Assembly (NCBI GenBank): GCA_016748015.1
Contig: JAAOMT010000710.1
Location: forward strand, 124,001 to 188,000
DNA: 64,000 bases
Source: Geosiphon pyriformis uo1
Taxonomy: Eukaryota > Fungi > Glomeromycota
Direction of reading: 5' to 3'
Within the stretch, counting starts at the first letter, position 1, and the number at the start of each line of letters is the position of its first letter. Below the pieces are notes generated by a model. It was given only the letters and a program-made list of their open reading frames with translations. It had not been told where the DNA came from and searched no databases. Made by a program: the position numbers and the translations under genes. Positions 25,838-40,543 of this stretch are shown piece by piece.

Positions 25838-26164
25838 AATTCAAAGCCACTCGTTTCCTTTCCTGTTTTCAATCAATCAATCAAAGTGTCCCAAATAGTG
25901 AAGAGCACTTACTCGTCGCTTCTTAAGAGCCCTCAATTTTTTATGAAGTACCTCAATGTACGGATTTTTGTTAACATTTTCCATGCCAGTTTCTTCGTTT
26001 TCTGGCGTAACAGTTACATTTGGCTTTTCTTCAAAAGTGGCAGCTGGTTGACCATTTCTTTCCTGTTCAGTACCACTCTGTTTCTTTTTACTCTTTTTAT
26101 TACCTTTTGTAATGGGAACAGAAATTTCCGTTGCTGATTCTCCTGGTAGAGCTGCGTTCGGCAT
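22835..26164 (-). CDS. Caprin-1-like RNA granule protein (HR1-like N-terminus, poly-N and Q-rich region, RGG tail)
   Basis: NPYIEVLHKKLRALKKR..EQLQALEKKGEIEFAIHEF resembles Caprin HR1. LKFM..SEL resembles the G3BP-binding segment. C-terminal RGG repeats. Multi-exon GT-AG model ending ..TRVSAQ*. Confidence 0.7.
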
Positions 26165-26495
26165 TTTTTTTAAGTGTCTTTTTCTCTAACGTTTGAAATG
26201 CAAAACCAAAAGCAATAACGTTTCAAAATTAAATGGACATTTTTTCATTCAAGGACTTTTTAAACTCTCAGTTGTATACGTCACTTGGGACAACGATGAT
26301 CAAATTTTGCCATTTAGGCAACTAATCTAACTTAACAAAGGAATAAAGCCATAGCTTTTGCTTATTATATATCTCATTTACAATATTTTTTGACAAAGTT
26401 TTTCCATAATTGATTAATTTCAAGTGTGATTATTATTAAATTTAGATGTTTGATGTTTGATTGCATAAATTTGGTTAAAATCTAATATATTAACA

Positions 26496-26540
<45 letters not shown>

Positions 26541-27064
26541 TATAATAATTAAAAATTAAAAATATTAAATAATTTTAAATTGTAAAAATAAAAAATTGTG
26601 TAAAAAAAAATATTATTACATTTATATATATATAATAATTTACAATTTTATATAATTTTTAAAATTTTAATTATTTATTAATAAAAAATGTGTATATAAT
26701 TATTTTTATTTAAATAAAAATTTTAATTTTTAATATAATAATAAAACTAATATTTTTAAAATATATTATTATTATTATTATTTTTATTATTTTTCAACCT
26801 TTTTTTTTTAATAATATATCTTAAATAACGATTTTTAATTTGATTATATTTTTTACATATATAAATATATATATATTTTTTTTTGGTTTCAATTTTATCA
26901 TAATAATAAAAAATAGTAATATTCGAATTTAAATTTTGATAAATGATAACATTTTCAAAAATGCTAAATATTATTATATATATATATACATATTTGTATT
27001 TTAAGACTCCTTAAAGAGTTTTAGAAAAAATATCAAAAAAAGGTTTAACAAATAAATTAAACCA

Positions 27065-27116
<52 letters not shown>

Positions 27117-27852
27117 TTTACAATATAACATTCAAAGCATTATTTAAATTATTTAGAATAATTTGATAAGTACATTGTATTCAAAATATTAAAAGCATAA
27201 TTATCTTATTAGCATATAAACAAATAATAAATTTTTAAAATAAATTAAAATAAAAAAGATTTTGTAAATAATAGTAATGAACATCGCCGAAATCTTTCTC
27301 AATCGAATTTTGGGAAGAATTCAAAACGTTAAATTTTAAAGAATGAGAAGCAAATAAATAAATAAATAAATAAATAAAACAAACAAACGCATAAAGATTA
27401 ATAAATAAGATCGAAAAAGGTGTTAAACATATTACACACACAATGAACACTTTGAAAACTTATTATAATAGTTTTTGATTAAATAAAAGATAGGAAAAAA
27501 ATAAATTTTTAAGAATTTTGACACTTTTTCATAATTTTTATCTTGATCTCTTTGAAGAATTTTATCTATTTATTACCAGTATGAAAAAGAAATTGGAATT
27601 TTGAATTTGACAACAATAGAAAAATTTTAAATTTATTTATTCTCAGAAAATTAAATAGGATTATTTTAATTTAAAGCATTTGAATATGTTGAATAATTTT
27701 TTAAATATTTAATATTTTAAAAATAATAGGATGAAACTATTGATCAAAAATTGTTTTAGATATCAAGATATATATTATTAATTAGACAGATTAAAACTAT
27801 TTATGTTGTAGGCTCTTAATATTAACTTAAGAATTACGTTGAAAAAATCTAT

Positions 27853-27887
<35 letters not shown>

Positions 27888-28195
27888 TTACTACTATTAC
27901 TACTACTACTATTTAAAGCTCTTTTCATCTTTGGAATATCTTAAAAATGTAATCAAACAATAATTCAGATACTTTATTATTTTTATTGAGAATTAAAATC
28001 TCGGAGACTTCTTACCAAAGATTTTTACCATATTGAGAAATTTTCATATACCGGAATGAAATCTGGATTAAACTCAACACATTTTTATGAATTAAAAGTG
28101 ACAAATAAATTTTTTATATTAAACTGATACATCTTATGGTAAAACTGCTGTTAAAGAACCTCCGTATTAGTAATACTTTATACTTTTAGCAGTTT

Positions 28196-28228
<33 letters not shown>

Positions 28229-29586
28229 TGATAAAAGATTTTTAATCTTTTAAATAAATTTGAAAAAAAAAAACCCTTTAAAAATCGGAAAATTGTAATT
28301 TAAAACGATAAATCCTTTTGTTATCATATCATATCATATCATATCATATCATTCTTCAAATAATATTAAAAGATTTCGAAATATTTTAATTATAATTTTA
28401 CATCTTTTATTCTAATTTCACTAAAAAGTAAATAGAAGATCTTTAATATTGTTATTAAATTAATGACATTCCATTATTAGATTAGATTAGATTAGAAAAA
28501 ATAAAAAATAAAAAAGGATTTTTGATATTGATCCATTTTTAAATTTGTTTTTCACCAAAATCTCAAAACCTCTGTTTAAAAAATATATATTTAATTTAAA
28601 CATTTATCTTATTACTAAATTCAGTTGATTAAGATTTTTATACAATGAAAAAAAAAAATGTTGAAAATTATGATTTGAACAATTTGAAAAAATATTATTA
28701 TGATAATTATAATATATATATATATAAATCAAACCATATAAATTTAAATAATAAATCAAACCATATAAATTTAAATAATAAATATTCTTAATTATATATT
28801 ACAAAAAAAACTAACATTTAATAATCTATTTTTATTTTTATTTTTATTTAATATAAAAAAATCTTGAATAAAATTACATAAAAATTATGTTTTACCTTTT
28901 ATTAAGATTAATATATATAAATATATTAAGTAATCATAAAATTTATAAAAAAATATATTGTTTTTTTTTATACAATATAATTAATCTTTGTTCAATATAA
29001 TTAATCTTTGTTCAATTTAATTAATCTTTGTTCAATTTAATTAATTTAAATTAAATTGAATTAATTTAATTTAAAAAATAATAATAATAATAATAATAAT
29101 AATAATCTTGTGACGACCATTTATTAAAAAGCCTTTTTTTTTTTTTTTTTTTTTTTTNNNNNNNNNNNNNNNNNNNNTTTTTTTTTTTTTTTTTTCTTTT
29201 TTTAAACCTTGTGGTTGATCATCTGGTATCACCACAAAGGCAAAAAATCAACAATCGTTTACCGGGGATTCATTAAATAAGTAAAATGTCGTAACTAATC
29301 ATAGTTCCCCGAAATAGGCAGCACAAAAACTTGTCCAGTTACAGGTTCTTAATAAATTTTAATTTGGTAATTTAATAAAGATTACGGAAATAGTTTCTTG
29401 TTCAGATACTTTAATTAGTTTTCTAAGGTTCAAAAAAAACAAAAAAAACAAAAAAAAAACTCTTTTTTATTTTATTTTATTCCCTATACACTTTCCTCAA
29501 AGAAAAATCAATTGAAAGACTTGAATCATTGATCACCTGTTATAAATTTTAAGCAACCATCTGCAGGTTTAAAAAAAAAATCTGGC

Positions 29587-29623
<37 letters not shown>

Positions 29624-30154
29624 GCTTTTTTTGTTTTTCAATCGGGAGATCAGTAAAAAGTACCACACATCGTGCAACCTTAAACTCAAATCCAAAATCT
29701 GTGATAAAAATAGATAATCTAAGAAAAAAATATCCCGACCATACTCCCATTTTTTACTAATTCGAGCTTTCAAAAGGAACAATAATCTGGAGGCTTAGAG
29801 ATTATACTAAATTGAGTATCAATCGTAACACTGTATAGAGCCTTCAAGAAAAACTCTTTAACAGGTTATCTTTCTGTCACCTTCCTATACTGGTTAACAA
29901 ACCATACCATACCAAAACTTGAATATGTAATCACTTAATAATAATAATCAGAAATTGAGTAATTTCGGTTTTATTTTAATAAAAAAATAACTTTCGGCCA
30001 ACTATTATTATCATTATTATTATCATTATTATTTAGCTCACATTTTTTAATGGCTCAAAAACCTCATTAACCACATATCATTTCATTCACATTTTTCCAA
30101 ATTCTTGTGATCATGGTTCTTGTTCATTTTTTATTTCTTTTCTCGCCTTTTAAA

Positions 30155-30193
<39 letters not shown>

Positions 30194-30715
30194 GTGTGTG
30201 TCTGTGTATTCATGATTTTTAATGAATTGCGTGTGTATATGTTGGATGGTGTATTTAAAATAAAGAAAAATTACAGGGAACAGATCAGAAACAAAAAAAA
30301 GAAAAAAAAACGGGGTAATTAAAAAACTACATAAATTAAACGTATAGTCGAAGGTGGAATGTAATTACATCGAGTGAAAAATTTCGAGAAAAAGCATGCG
30401 TAAAAAAAAAAAAAAGCGTTAACATGAAAATTTTTTTTTTTTCGTTTGTAGTGAATACACCGACCGATTAACTAACTAATTCCCACACACATACCACCAC
30501 GGTAACTAATACTTCAAAAGAACCATCACCAAACTACCCAACAATTATTAGAGCATAATTTTGGTCTATATATTCATTGTTTGTTTGTTTGTTTGTTTGT
30601 TTGTTTGTTCAAAACTTTTAGAGAAAACTAATAACTCCTAAAGAGTCTACTATATTGTGTAATGCATATAGAAGTAAATAAAAAAAAAATAAAAAGAACT
30701 AAATTATTATCATCA

Positions 30716-30755
<40 letters not shown>

Positions 30756-31048
30756 AAAGAAAGATTTTTGTGAAAAATTGCGAGGAAAAGGAAAAAGAAA
30801 AAAAGTTCCGCACACGCGTTTTTTTTTTTTACAGGGTGATTGATGTATGAAAACGTAACATGTTTCGTAGCCGTAAATCACACCGGCCACTTGCACATTC
30901 AACATCAAAACGAAATGGATGAGATTTGTTAGACGTGTCCAATCGAGGTAGTGGTAATGGTAGTTAAAAAGTATGGGAATGAGGGAGTGGGGCAATTATA
31001 TTTACGAAATAATTTTACGGAAATAAAATAGAAATATAGTAGTAGTAA

Positions 31049-31095
<47 letters not shown>

Positions 31096-31658
31096 ATAAT
31101 AATAGTAGTAATAGTAGTAGTAGTAGTAGTAGTAGTAGTAAAAGAAAAAATTTACAATTTAATAAAATAGGAGATAATAAAAAGAAAACGTCAAGGTAGG
31201 AAAGAACAACCAATTTTTTTCGAAACCAGCCGAAAAGATTTTGTGTTTCGCTTTGGATGGGCAGTATAATTTTTTTATAATGAAATCGAAGCATAAAAAG
31301 GTATAAGATTTGGTGAATACGCAAATCCATAAAAACTTTTCCACACTACCCAAACAAAAGCCGTGCTTAAAAAAATTCTTTAGACCCATCTATATACAAA
31401 AAATACAAAAGAGTAGAAAAAAGAAAAAAGTAATTAAAAAAAGTGATAAAAAAAACGTAAAAACTGTAAAGTTCTTTTGATTTGTAAGACCTAACATCAT
31501 CAAATATAAAATTAACAACGAATCGTCCTGAAAAAAGAAAATATCTTTGTTTCTTAAGAGCTTCAACATCACGGAATTTCACCAAAAAAAACCAACACAA
31601 CTCCTTTACACCATTATCTTCTAAACTGAAAACAAGTTTTGAGTCTAGTATAAAACAT

Positions 31659-33791
31659 CTAGATTCCCCCTGTATTCACTACGGATTGGTATCCGAAGGA
31701 AGAGGATGATTGATGATGTTGATGATGATGAGTAAGGTGCTGCTGCTGCTGCTGGTTATGTTGTTGATGATTACTATGATGGTTAGGTGATGAAGCGGAG
31801 TGGTTGGAAATTGGGGTTGGAAGACGAGAATTAGAAAGTCCTTCATAGTGTTGTTGTTGTTGTTGTGGTTGCTGGGGGATCTCATTAGAGACCGAATGAG
31901 TCGAAGAGACAGAAGATTGGTGGTGATGATGATGATGATGATGATGACGATGATTAGGGGAGGAATATGAAAATGAAGAAACAATATTTGGTAATCGCTC
32001 ATTCGTTGACTGTGTTTGTTTTAAGAATGGCATCGAAGTCGATTTAGAAAGTAAAGAGGATGATGGGGATAAAGGTGATGGAGAAGAGGATGATGAATAA
32101 TTGGATCCATTCGGATGATGATGATTATGGTGGTGTTGTTGTTGTTGATTATGATGATATTGTTGTTGTGGTTGTGGTTGTGGTTGTGGTTGTTGAGGAG
32201 GAGGAGTAGAGGGATGATTATGATGATTATGAGAATGAAAATAATCACCATTACCGTTTCGATAATGTTGATGATGTGGTGAACGTTGCTGTTGTTGTTG
32301 TTGCATATAAGCAGCCCCAGGATGACCTGATGACGTGATTTTATTATTGTTGATAGGAGATGACCCACCACCACCATTATTATTAATACTTTCATTGCTA
32401 CTATTCAATTGAGGCCTTGAAAAATAATCTCCACGATTATATGAATTATCTAATGGGGAATCAGGAATTGAACGTTGACCTTGTTCCTCATCTTCCGATG
32501 AACTCATACTAGAATTACTTGATCTTCGTGAGGATAATTGACCATGAGGGTTATTGCAATCAATTGATTCGGAATTCATTTCTTGATCCTCTTCACCCGG
32601 GGCTCCACCATTTGTTGCGGTGGCTCTAGTCTTACTACGCCAGCTTTGTCGTTTATTCTGGAACCAAATTTGAACAGTACGAGGTGACATTCCTAATTGT
32701 TTCCCCAACTGAATACGTAATTCTGTAGATGGGAAGAATGTATGGGTGAAAACTTGATTGAGAACTTTCAATTGATTGGCATTCGCACGCTTTCGTTTTG
32801 CTTTCACCATCGAAGCGGCATTCGGATTTGACGAATCATGATATGGTGACGAGAGGTGTGGTGTCATTTGCCCATGATGCGATGATGTATATTGAAGACT
32901 ACTATTGGGGACATTTGTCGAATATGAAGATCGTTCAATCGCATTCTTACCATATGGATAAGAAGGAGTACCATTATGATGGAAACCAGGTGAAGAAACA
33001 CGTGCAGTTCGATCTTGCATAGCTTCCATATTTCTTGCGTGTAATGCCGGTGAATCAGAATGACGCCTTTGATCGAGTAAAGAAGCCGGGGGAAGACGTG
33101 TTGAAGCATAAGGATTGAGAGCTGAAGGAACGATTGGGGAATACCTCATCTGTGAAGTGTCAAAGGAAGATCGCCGAATTAAATGTTCCCGTTCATGTTC
33201 ATGTTGATTGAATTTTGCAGTTACATGATTGTAAGAAGCCTGAGATGGTGAGGAAGGGGATGGTGAAGAGGACGGAGAATCTTGTTTAGAGAGCATAGGA
33301 GATTTTCTATCTTTTTGATGTGAGTCAGTACGATAAGCTTCACTAATCGTGGCAAATTGTTCCAACGGCTGCATTTGAGTCCAAGACTTTTGAGGATGAT
33401 CAGAATGTAAATGATGAGGGGAAAGATTTTGAGCATGCCTAGCTGCTTCAGATCTTAAATTAGGTACCGAGGCAAAACTTCGAATTGGAGGCAAAGTTAA
33501 ATGACCCTGATGATTCACTCTTTGTCGTTTGTGAGCGGCTAAAGACGATGGCGAGGAGGGGGATGATGATGATGATTCTTCATGACGTTGTAAACGATGG
33601 TGGTGAAAATGGTGAAGACGATGACTAGTTTCTTGGGAAACATTTATGTCATCATCGTGATGATGATGATAATGACGACGAAGTTGATGATGATGATGAT
33701 GTTGTTGTTGTTGTTGTTGTTGTTGATAGTGTGATGATTGAGACTCTGGAATAGAATAAGAATGATTTAAAGATTGTTGGTCATTTGGTGG

Positions 33792-33831
<40 letters not shown>

Positions 33832-34834
33832 GATTCTTGTTGTTGACGATGACCATTACTACCCTGTGAATCGATATCATCCAAGTTTATCTGATTGTTC
33901 CTATCATCGGGGGAAAGTGGAGGTGAACTTGCTGGGGTAAAAGGAGCTCCACGAGCATTATTAAAAGAACTTGGAGGTGAATTGTTATTATCTCCAAGTG
34001 GGCTGGTGGATACATCATCCATGCTATCTTCATCATCAGCAGCATCATCCTCAAAAGAAACATCACTTGCCGGTGAAGCGACAGAAGCTGAAGCGAAATC
34101 ACAAAGTAAACTAGCAATATCTAAAACCGAAGATTTTCTTCTAGGAAAAGCTGGTGGTGTTGGAGGTGTCAAATTAATGAAATTTGAATTCTGCAAATGA
34201 TGATAATGATGTTTCTTTTGTTAATTAACGATTTTCTTACTAGTTAGCCTAATTTCAGAGTATGATTTACTATCAATGAACTTACCAGTGACAGGTTAGA
34301 ACAAGCATTTCGAACACTTTCCTCTTTGTCTTCACGAAGATTTGAGAAACTTGGGTTCAAAAAATGTTGTCGCTCCTGGGATGGTGGTGGTGGTGGTGGT
34401 GGTGGTGGTGGTGGTGGTGGTAGTGGTGGTGGTTGTTGTTGTTGTTGGTGACGATCGTTTTTATGTTCTTGTGAGGTTTCAAAATTTTGACGACGGTTGC
34501 TATTCAACATTGAGATGTCAACAGTAGTAGCGATAGCAAGCGTTTTAGCGGTAAAGGTATTTGTGATATTTCCTTGAGAAGTATTTTCCATATTTGAAGA
34601 AGAAATATTTGTGTTCAAGTGTAACAATTTCTGACGAACTGGTGGTGATCCGGTAAAGCTTTGTTGATTTTCTGGTACTTTTGGTGTTGTTACTGTTATT
34701 CCTGAAGTTATAGTTTTAGTCAAAGTTGTAGAAGCAGCAACAGCCGTTGCCATGTGATCATTCACGGTTGTGGTATTGGTATTAATATTCGTTTTTAGAG
34801 TGATAGTGTTCGTTGAAGGGGTGAATGAGACCAT
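31659..34834 (-). CDS. Homeobox transcription factor, ~1026 aa; exons 34834-34286 and 34190-31659
   Basis: Homeodomain KAKRKRANANQLKVLNQVF..FPSTELRIQLGKQLGMSPRTVQIWFQNKRQSWR at ~32630-32810 (Q50, non-TALE). Poly-Q/H/P/S tracts. Phase-0 GTAAGT..CAG intron. Confidence 0.93.
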
Positions 34835-34894
34835 GGACAAAGCCGTCACAGTTTGAAAAAGTTTGAAATTAACCGCACTATTTGATCTTTCTTT

Positions 34895-34944
<50 letters not shown>

Positions 34945-35837
34945 CGAAAAAAAGAAATGTGATAACGAAAAGAATATATATATAAATATATATATATATT
35001 TATTTATATATTTATATATATCGAACGAGCGTATATATATATATATGTGTGTGTATGTGTGTGTGTCTTGAAGAAGATTATTATTATTTAGGAAGCAAAA
35101 AGAGAAAAAAGAAAAAAATTTAAAAAATCGAAATATAAAATTTTCTTTTGAGAAAAGAAAAAATCACAAAAATCCTACACCTATATTAAATAATCCTATT
35201 AAAAAAAAGGATTATTATTAGAAAAATGGGTGGTGTGAAAGGGAATAATAATATTAATAATAATAATTATAATAATTATAATAATATTAATAATAATAAT
35301 AATAATAAAACGTTTCTTGTTTCTTTTTTTGAAAAAATGATTATTATATAGAAAATTTTAGGGAAAAAAAAAAAAAGGTTAAAAATATTTATCTGTTATT
35401 AGGAGAGATCATTTATTTGAAACGTGAAATGTGAAAAGGGATCAAAGTGGGAAATATTTCAGATTATGTATTTTGATGTAATAATAATAAAAATTTATGA
35501 ATTAAAGAGAGGGGAAAAAAAAGAAGAAAAAGAGTGAAATTCCAAAAAAAAAAAAAAAATGTTATGTATATTTGAAAATTGATAGTAAAATCGACGGTAG
35601 ATGAGACACAACACACAGACGAAGATCGTCACACACCAGTTTAAAAAAGTATTGTATATATATATATACATGTAAATATAATAGATAGAAATAGAAATAG
35701 AAAAAGCCGGAGAAATTACGAGTCACAACATAAATAATAATTAAATTTTTAATATTCAAAGTTTACTGATAGCAGTATTAAAATAAATAAATAAATAAAT
35801 AAAAATAAGGATCGTAGGGATTGATAGGGTGATATTA

Positions 35838-35871
<34 letters not shown>

Positions 35872-36261
35872 TTTTGTATTAATAATTATGATAATTATTT
35901 TAAAAAGTCCGAGTTTTAAATAATAAAAAAGAAATAAAGAAATAAATAGAGCAAAAGAAATTAAAGCGGAAAGAATTGATTTGACTTGGATTTGAGTTAA
36001 GATGGATCGAATTGTAATTAATTGAAATTCTATAAATTTGATTACTGGAATGAATGAATGAATGAATGAATTATTCAAACATTTAAATTGTTTTTAAATG
36101 AATAGTAGGGAAAAAGTTTAAAAAAACGTAAATGATAAAAAAAACCTTTAAAAGATGGTCGGTATTAAAAAAAAAGCAAGTGATAAACTAAAAAGTGTAT
36201 AATATATAATTTTTTGTTTTCTCTTTTAATAAATAATAAGAATTTTCAATTCTAACAAACA

Positions 36262-36300
<39 letters not shown>

Positions 36301-36460
36301 AATTTAAACTTTTTTATCGTGGTCGTCACACACAGGAATTGGATCAAAGAGGAGGGGAAGGAAATTATGAATTACCAAATATGTATGTATGTGTTTTGTT
36401 TGAAGTTTCAAGTGGGGGATAATGATGATGGTGATAAAAATAATAATAATAATAGTAGCA

Positions 36461-36502
<42 letters not shown>

Positions 36503-37086
36503 GTAGCAGTAATAATAATAATAATGGTAGTAATGGTCTAGTCAAAATCTCTCACTTAATTTCTTTTTGCTTACTCAGCTCAAAAAAAAACTTTTGTCAG
36601 AAAAAAAATAAAAAAATAAAGATATAAATGATGACTCACCATTAATTAAACCCAAAAGATATCAATTTGTCCGTTCTTTTGAAAAAAGATTTGATAGAAT
36701 GTTGTCGTGGTTGTGAGTTCTTTTTCTTTGGATAGTAGCTGCGCTGAGATAAGAAGACCCGAAATTGAACAAAATTTCACAGTAAAATTGACCAATATAA
36801 AAAAAAACAAAGCTACAGGGATATAAACAGAGAAGCGAAAAACGTCAGCGAAAGAAATTTAAAATGTGACGAGAAAAAAGAAACTAATTCGATCGATGGC
36901 GAATGAAAAACGAAGAAAATTCTATGCAATTTATTATTATTTAAAATATCGTTCGTTTAGAATTTTAATTCCTAAAAAAAAAACGGTCTGAATAAACTAT
37001 ATGAAAATTTTTTTACGAAGAGGAAGGGGTAGAGATAAATTCGATACTTTTTTTCATTCATTAATTTAACTCATAGAGATATGGAA

Positions 37087-37134
<48 letters not shown>

Positions 37135-38149
37135 GCGGAGAAAAAAGGGGTAGAGTGAGAGAAAGAAAGTAAAACGGTTTAAAAAAACAATTCTTTTTTT
37201 AATTAAATATTTTCAATTCGGTTTTTTTTTTTTACCAAATATTTGGTATTTCGGAATTGCACACACACACACATACACACACCTGTCTTATTAATAGTTC
37301 TGAAAAAATGGTGCAGCTAATTTGAGTAGTAACAGTAGTAATAGTGAAAATATTAGTAATAGTAATGTAATAATAATAGTAACAGTAACAGTAACAGTAA
37401 CAGTAACAGTGTTAGTATTAGTAGTATCGGTTTTGTGATTTTAATCTTAATAAACTCTATTGATCGTTGATTAGCTGATAATTGGCGTCATCATTACTCT
37501 AATAGTAAGTTTTTGTTAGTGACAAGAATAATTTGAATGATTAGCTTTCCAATAATTTAAAGTGAGAAAAGATTTTCAGACCCGCGGGAAAGGAGCCGAG
37601 AAAGAAAAAGGGAGATCATTAGTAGGGGTATGCATAATGATTATTGATTAATGATTAATGATGCATGAAAAGAAAGACACTAATTTTATCACCGTATAAT
37701 ATATCTTTCTTCTTGATGAAAAGAAAAAGCGTGATATGAATAAAAGTGAAGATGAAGATAAAGATGAAGGTGAAGTGAATATGAAAATGATGGGAGTTTA
37801 AAGATAAACATTGCATAAAGAAAGAGGGGTAAAAGAACAGCATCAGCATCAGCATCAGCATCACCAGCAGCAGCAGGCAGCAATAAAATAAGCAATTTTA
37901 AGCAGGAGATGATTTCGTTTGATGATTGAACTTATACAAAGTAAATCCTAAAAAATTTAATAAATATATTCTTTAATTTTAATTTTAATAAAGATAGAGG
38001 CAATCATCCAACCAAAAGTAGAGAGACCGATGCATAAAAGACATTTAAAAGAAACACAAGAAATTTAACGATGCATTATGTAGTAGATGCACGGTAAAAA
38101 ATAGGTTTATTATGTATAAGGTTTAGATAAAATGTTTGAATGAGAACTA

Positions 38150-38283
38150 AAGAAAAAGAAAAAGAAAAAGAAAAAGAAAAAAAGAGTAAAAGAAAAAGAG
38201 GGATAGGAATAGGAATAGGAATAGGAATAGGATAGGGATAGGGATAGGGAAAGGGAAAGGGAAAGGGAAAGGGAAAGGGAAAA
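38150..38283 (+). repeat. Compound purine hexamer microsatellite (AAAAAG/GGAATA/GGGATA/GGGAAA)
   Basis: Read directly from the sequence. Confidence 0.9.
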
Positions 38284-38753
38284 GAAGAGAGTGAGAGAGT
38301 GAGCGAATGAAAATGTCAAAATAGTTGACAATGGTGAAAAATCTGAAATTTAAATTTATAAATTCGATCTCAATTCCAAAATAATTAAAAAAAAAAAAGA
38401 AAAAAAAAACGTTAAAATAAAAATTATCTATATAAAAAAAATGTCATTACATATACAATGTCTGTTGGAACAGTAACAGCAGCAGTAGTAGCAGCAGCAG
38501 CAACACTAATAGGTAGTAGTACATGTAGCAGTAACCAACAACAAATAACAAACAACAAACATTAATAAAAGTACGACGGTGGCGCAGGGACACACCTTTG
38601 ATTTCCAGAAAAAGTAGTTAAATATAAAAAGGATACTGGTTCCTCAAAGACCAGAGTGAGAATTTTTTTTTCTCGAAAATTTTTTTTTTGTGTGTGTGAT
38701 ATAACAATACAATGTATATAGTTTTTTCAATGGGGAAAAAAAAAGGAATTAAA

Positions 38754-39187
38754 NNNNNNNNNNNNNNNNNNNNNNNNNNNNNNNNNNNNNNNNNNNNNNN
38801 NNNNNNNNNNNNNNNNNNNNNNNNNNNNNNNNNNNNNNNNNNNNNNNNNNNNNNNNNNNNNNNNNNNNNNNNNNNNNNNNNNNNNNNNNNNNNNNNNNNN
38901 NNNNNNNNNNNNNNNNNNNNNNNNNNNNNNNNNNNNNNNNNNNNNNNNNNNNNNNNNNNNNNNNNNNNNNNNNNNNNNNNNNNNNNNNNNNNNNNNNNNN
39001 NNNNNNNNNNNNNNNNNNNNNNNNNNNNNNNNNNNNNNNNNNNNNNNNNNNNNNNNNNNNNNNNNNNNNNNNNNNNNNNNNNNNNNNNNNNNNNNNNNNN
39101 NNNNNNNNNNNNNNNNNNNNNNNNNNNNNNNNNNNNNNNNNNNNNNNNNNNNNNNNNNNNNNNNNNNNNNNNNNNNNNNNNNNNNNN
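38754..39187. other. Assembly gap
   Basis: Run of N. Confidence 1.
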
Positions 39188-39587
39188 AACTCGTTTTGGA
39201 CGCGTTGGGAAATTCTTTTAAAAATCTTTTTTCACACCATTCCCAAACTTTTTCTTTCAAGATATTCATTTATATATTGTTGAATGAATGAGAGGGAGGA
39301 GGAGGAGGAGGAGGAGGAGGAGGAGGAGGAGGAGGAGGAGGAGAAGGGAGGGAGATCAAGGAATGAAACGAAAAGGAATTCAAATGAATCTTTTCTGTTG
39401 TTCTACAAGATAAAATTCGGGGTCATGGTCATCTGTCAAAAATTATAAAGTTTTTTGGGATCAATGAGAGAATATTCAGCAAACACATATTATTCTTTGT
39501 TTGGAATTTCCTCTATTACATTGAACCTTAATTTTGTGTTTACCTAAAGGTCCACGAAATTCTGTGAATCTATATGTATCATCGGCG

Positions 39588-39618
<31 letters not shown>

Positions 39619-39925
39619 TTTCTTGAAATGATGAGTTCTTGTATAAATTACCAAAAAAAGAAATATCATCGACTTCACATAACAGTTAATGTTAAAAATT
39701 CTAACCAGAAAAGCCATGCGTCAATTACGAGTTTCAATAATATTTTTTTTTTANNNNNNNNNNNNNNNNNNNNCAAAAAAACGTAAAAATAAAAAACAGA
39801 TAATAGTCATAATTAAATAGATATAAACATTAGAAAAGGCTCAACGAAGAATCGATCTCGCTCTTTTGTTATTTTTATTTTATGTTATGCTATTTTTTTT
39901 TATTTTATGTTGCGTTTTGCGTTGT

Positions 39926-40070
39926 GTTTTGTTTTATTTTATTTTATTTTATTTTATTTTGTTTTGTTTTGTTTTATTTTGTTTTGTTTTGTTTTGTTTT
40001 GTTTTGTTTTGTTTTGTTTTGTTTTGTTTTGTTTTGTTTTGTTTTGTTTTGTTTTGTTTTGTTTTGTTTT
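39926..40070 (+). repeat. (ATTTT)n/(GTTTT)n pentanucleotide microsatellite
   Basis: Read directly from the sequence. Confidence 0.95.
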
Positions 40071-40378
40071 TGTGTTTTTATTTTATGGTCTGTGTATCGA
40101 ATCAATAATTAAAATTTTGATTTTGCCTATCTATGCTTATTTCAACGCATTTGATGTGTATTTATTTCATTTTCATTTTCATTTTCAAAAAAATGATTCT
40201 ATTTCCTACTCTTTTTTTATTCAATCAATCAATCAATTAATAAAAAAAACTTCAAACAGATAATTGAAACATGTCTACCTGAAAGAAACACAATACAAAC
40301 ACCGGCTTTTTTTTTTGAAAATTTTTAATACAGGAGAATTTTGGTTTAATTAAATTTTTTTATCATTTGTAGTGTGTA

Positions 40379-40437
<59 letters not shown>

Positions 40438-40543
40438 TTTGATTGTGGTTTGTCTTATGTCTTATTTCTTATGATATCCTATCTATACTTGTGTCTGTGT
40501 GTAATTTATCCTTCTCTATAACGTATAAGAGAAAGTTGAAACA

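Noticed and set aside
31659-34834. Homeobox gene as part of an HD1/HD2 mating-type locus
   Set aside because: No divergently transcribed partner homeodomain gene is visible; it looks like a stand-alone TF.
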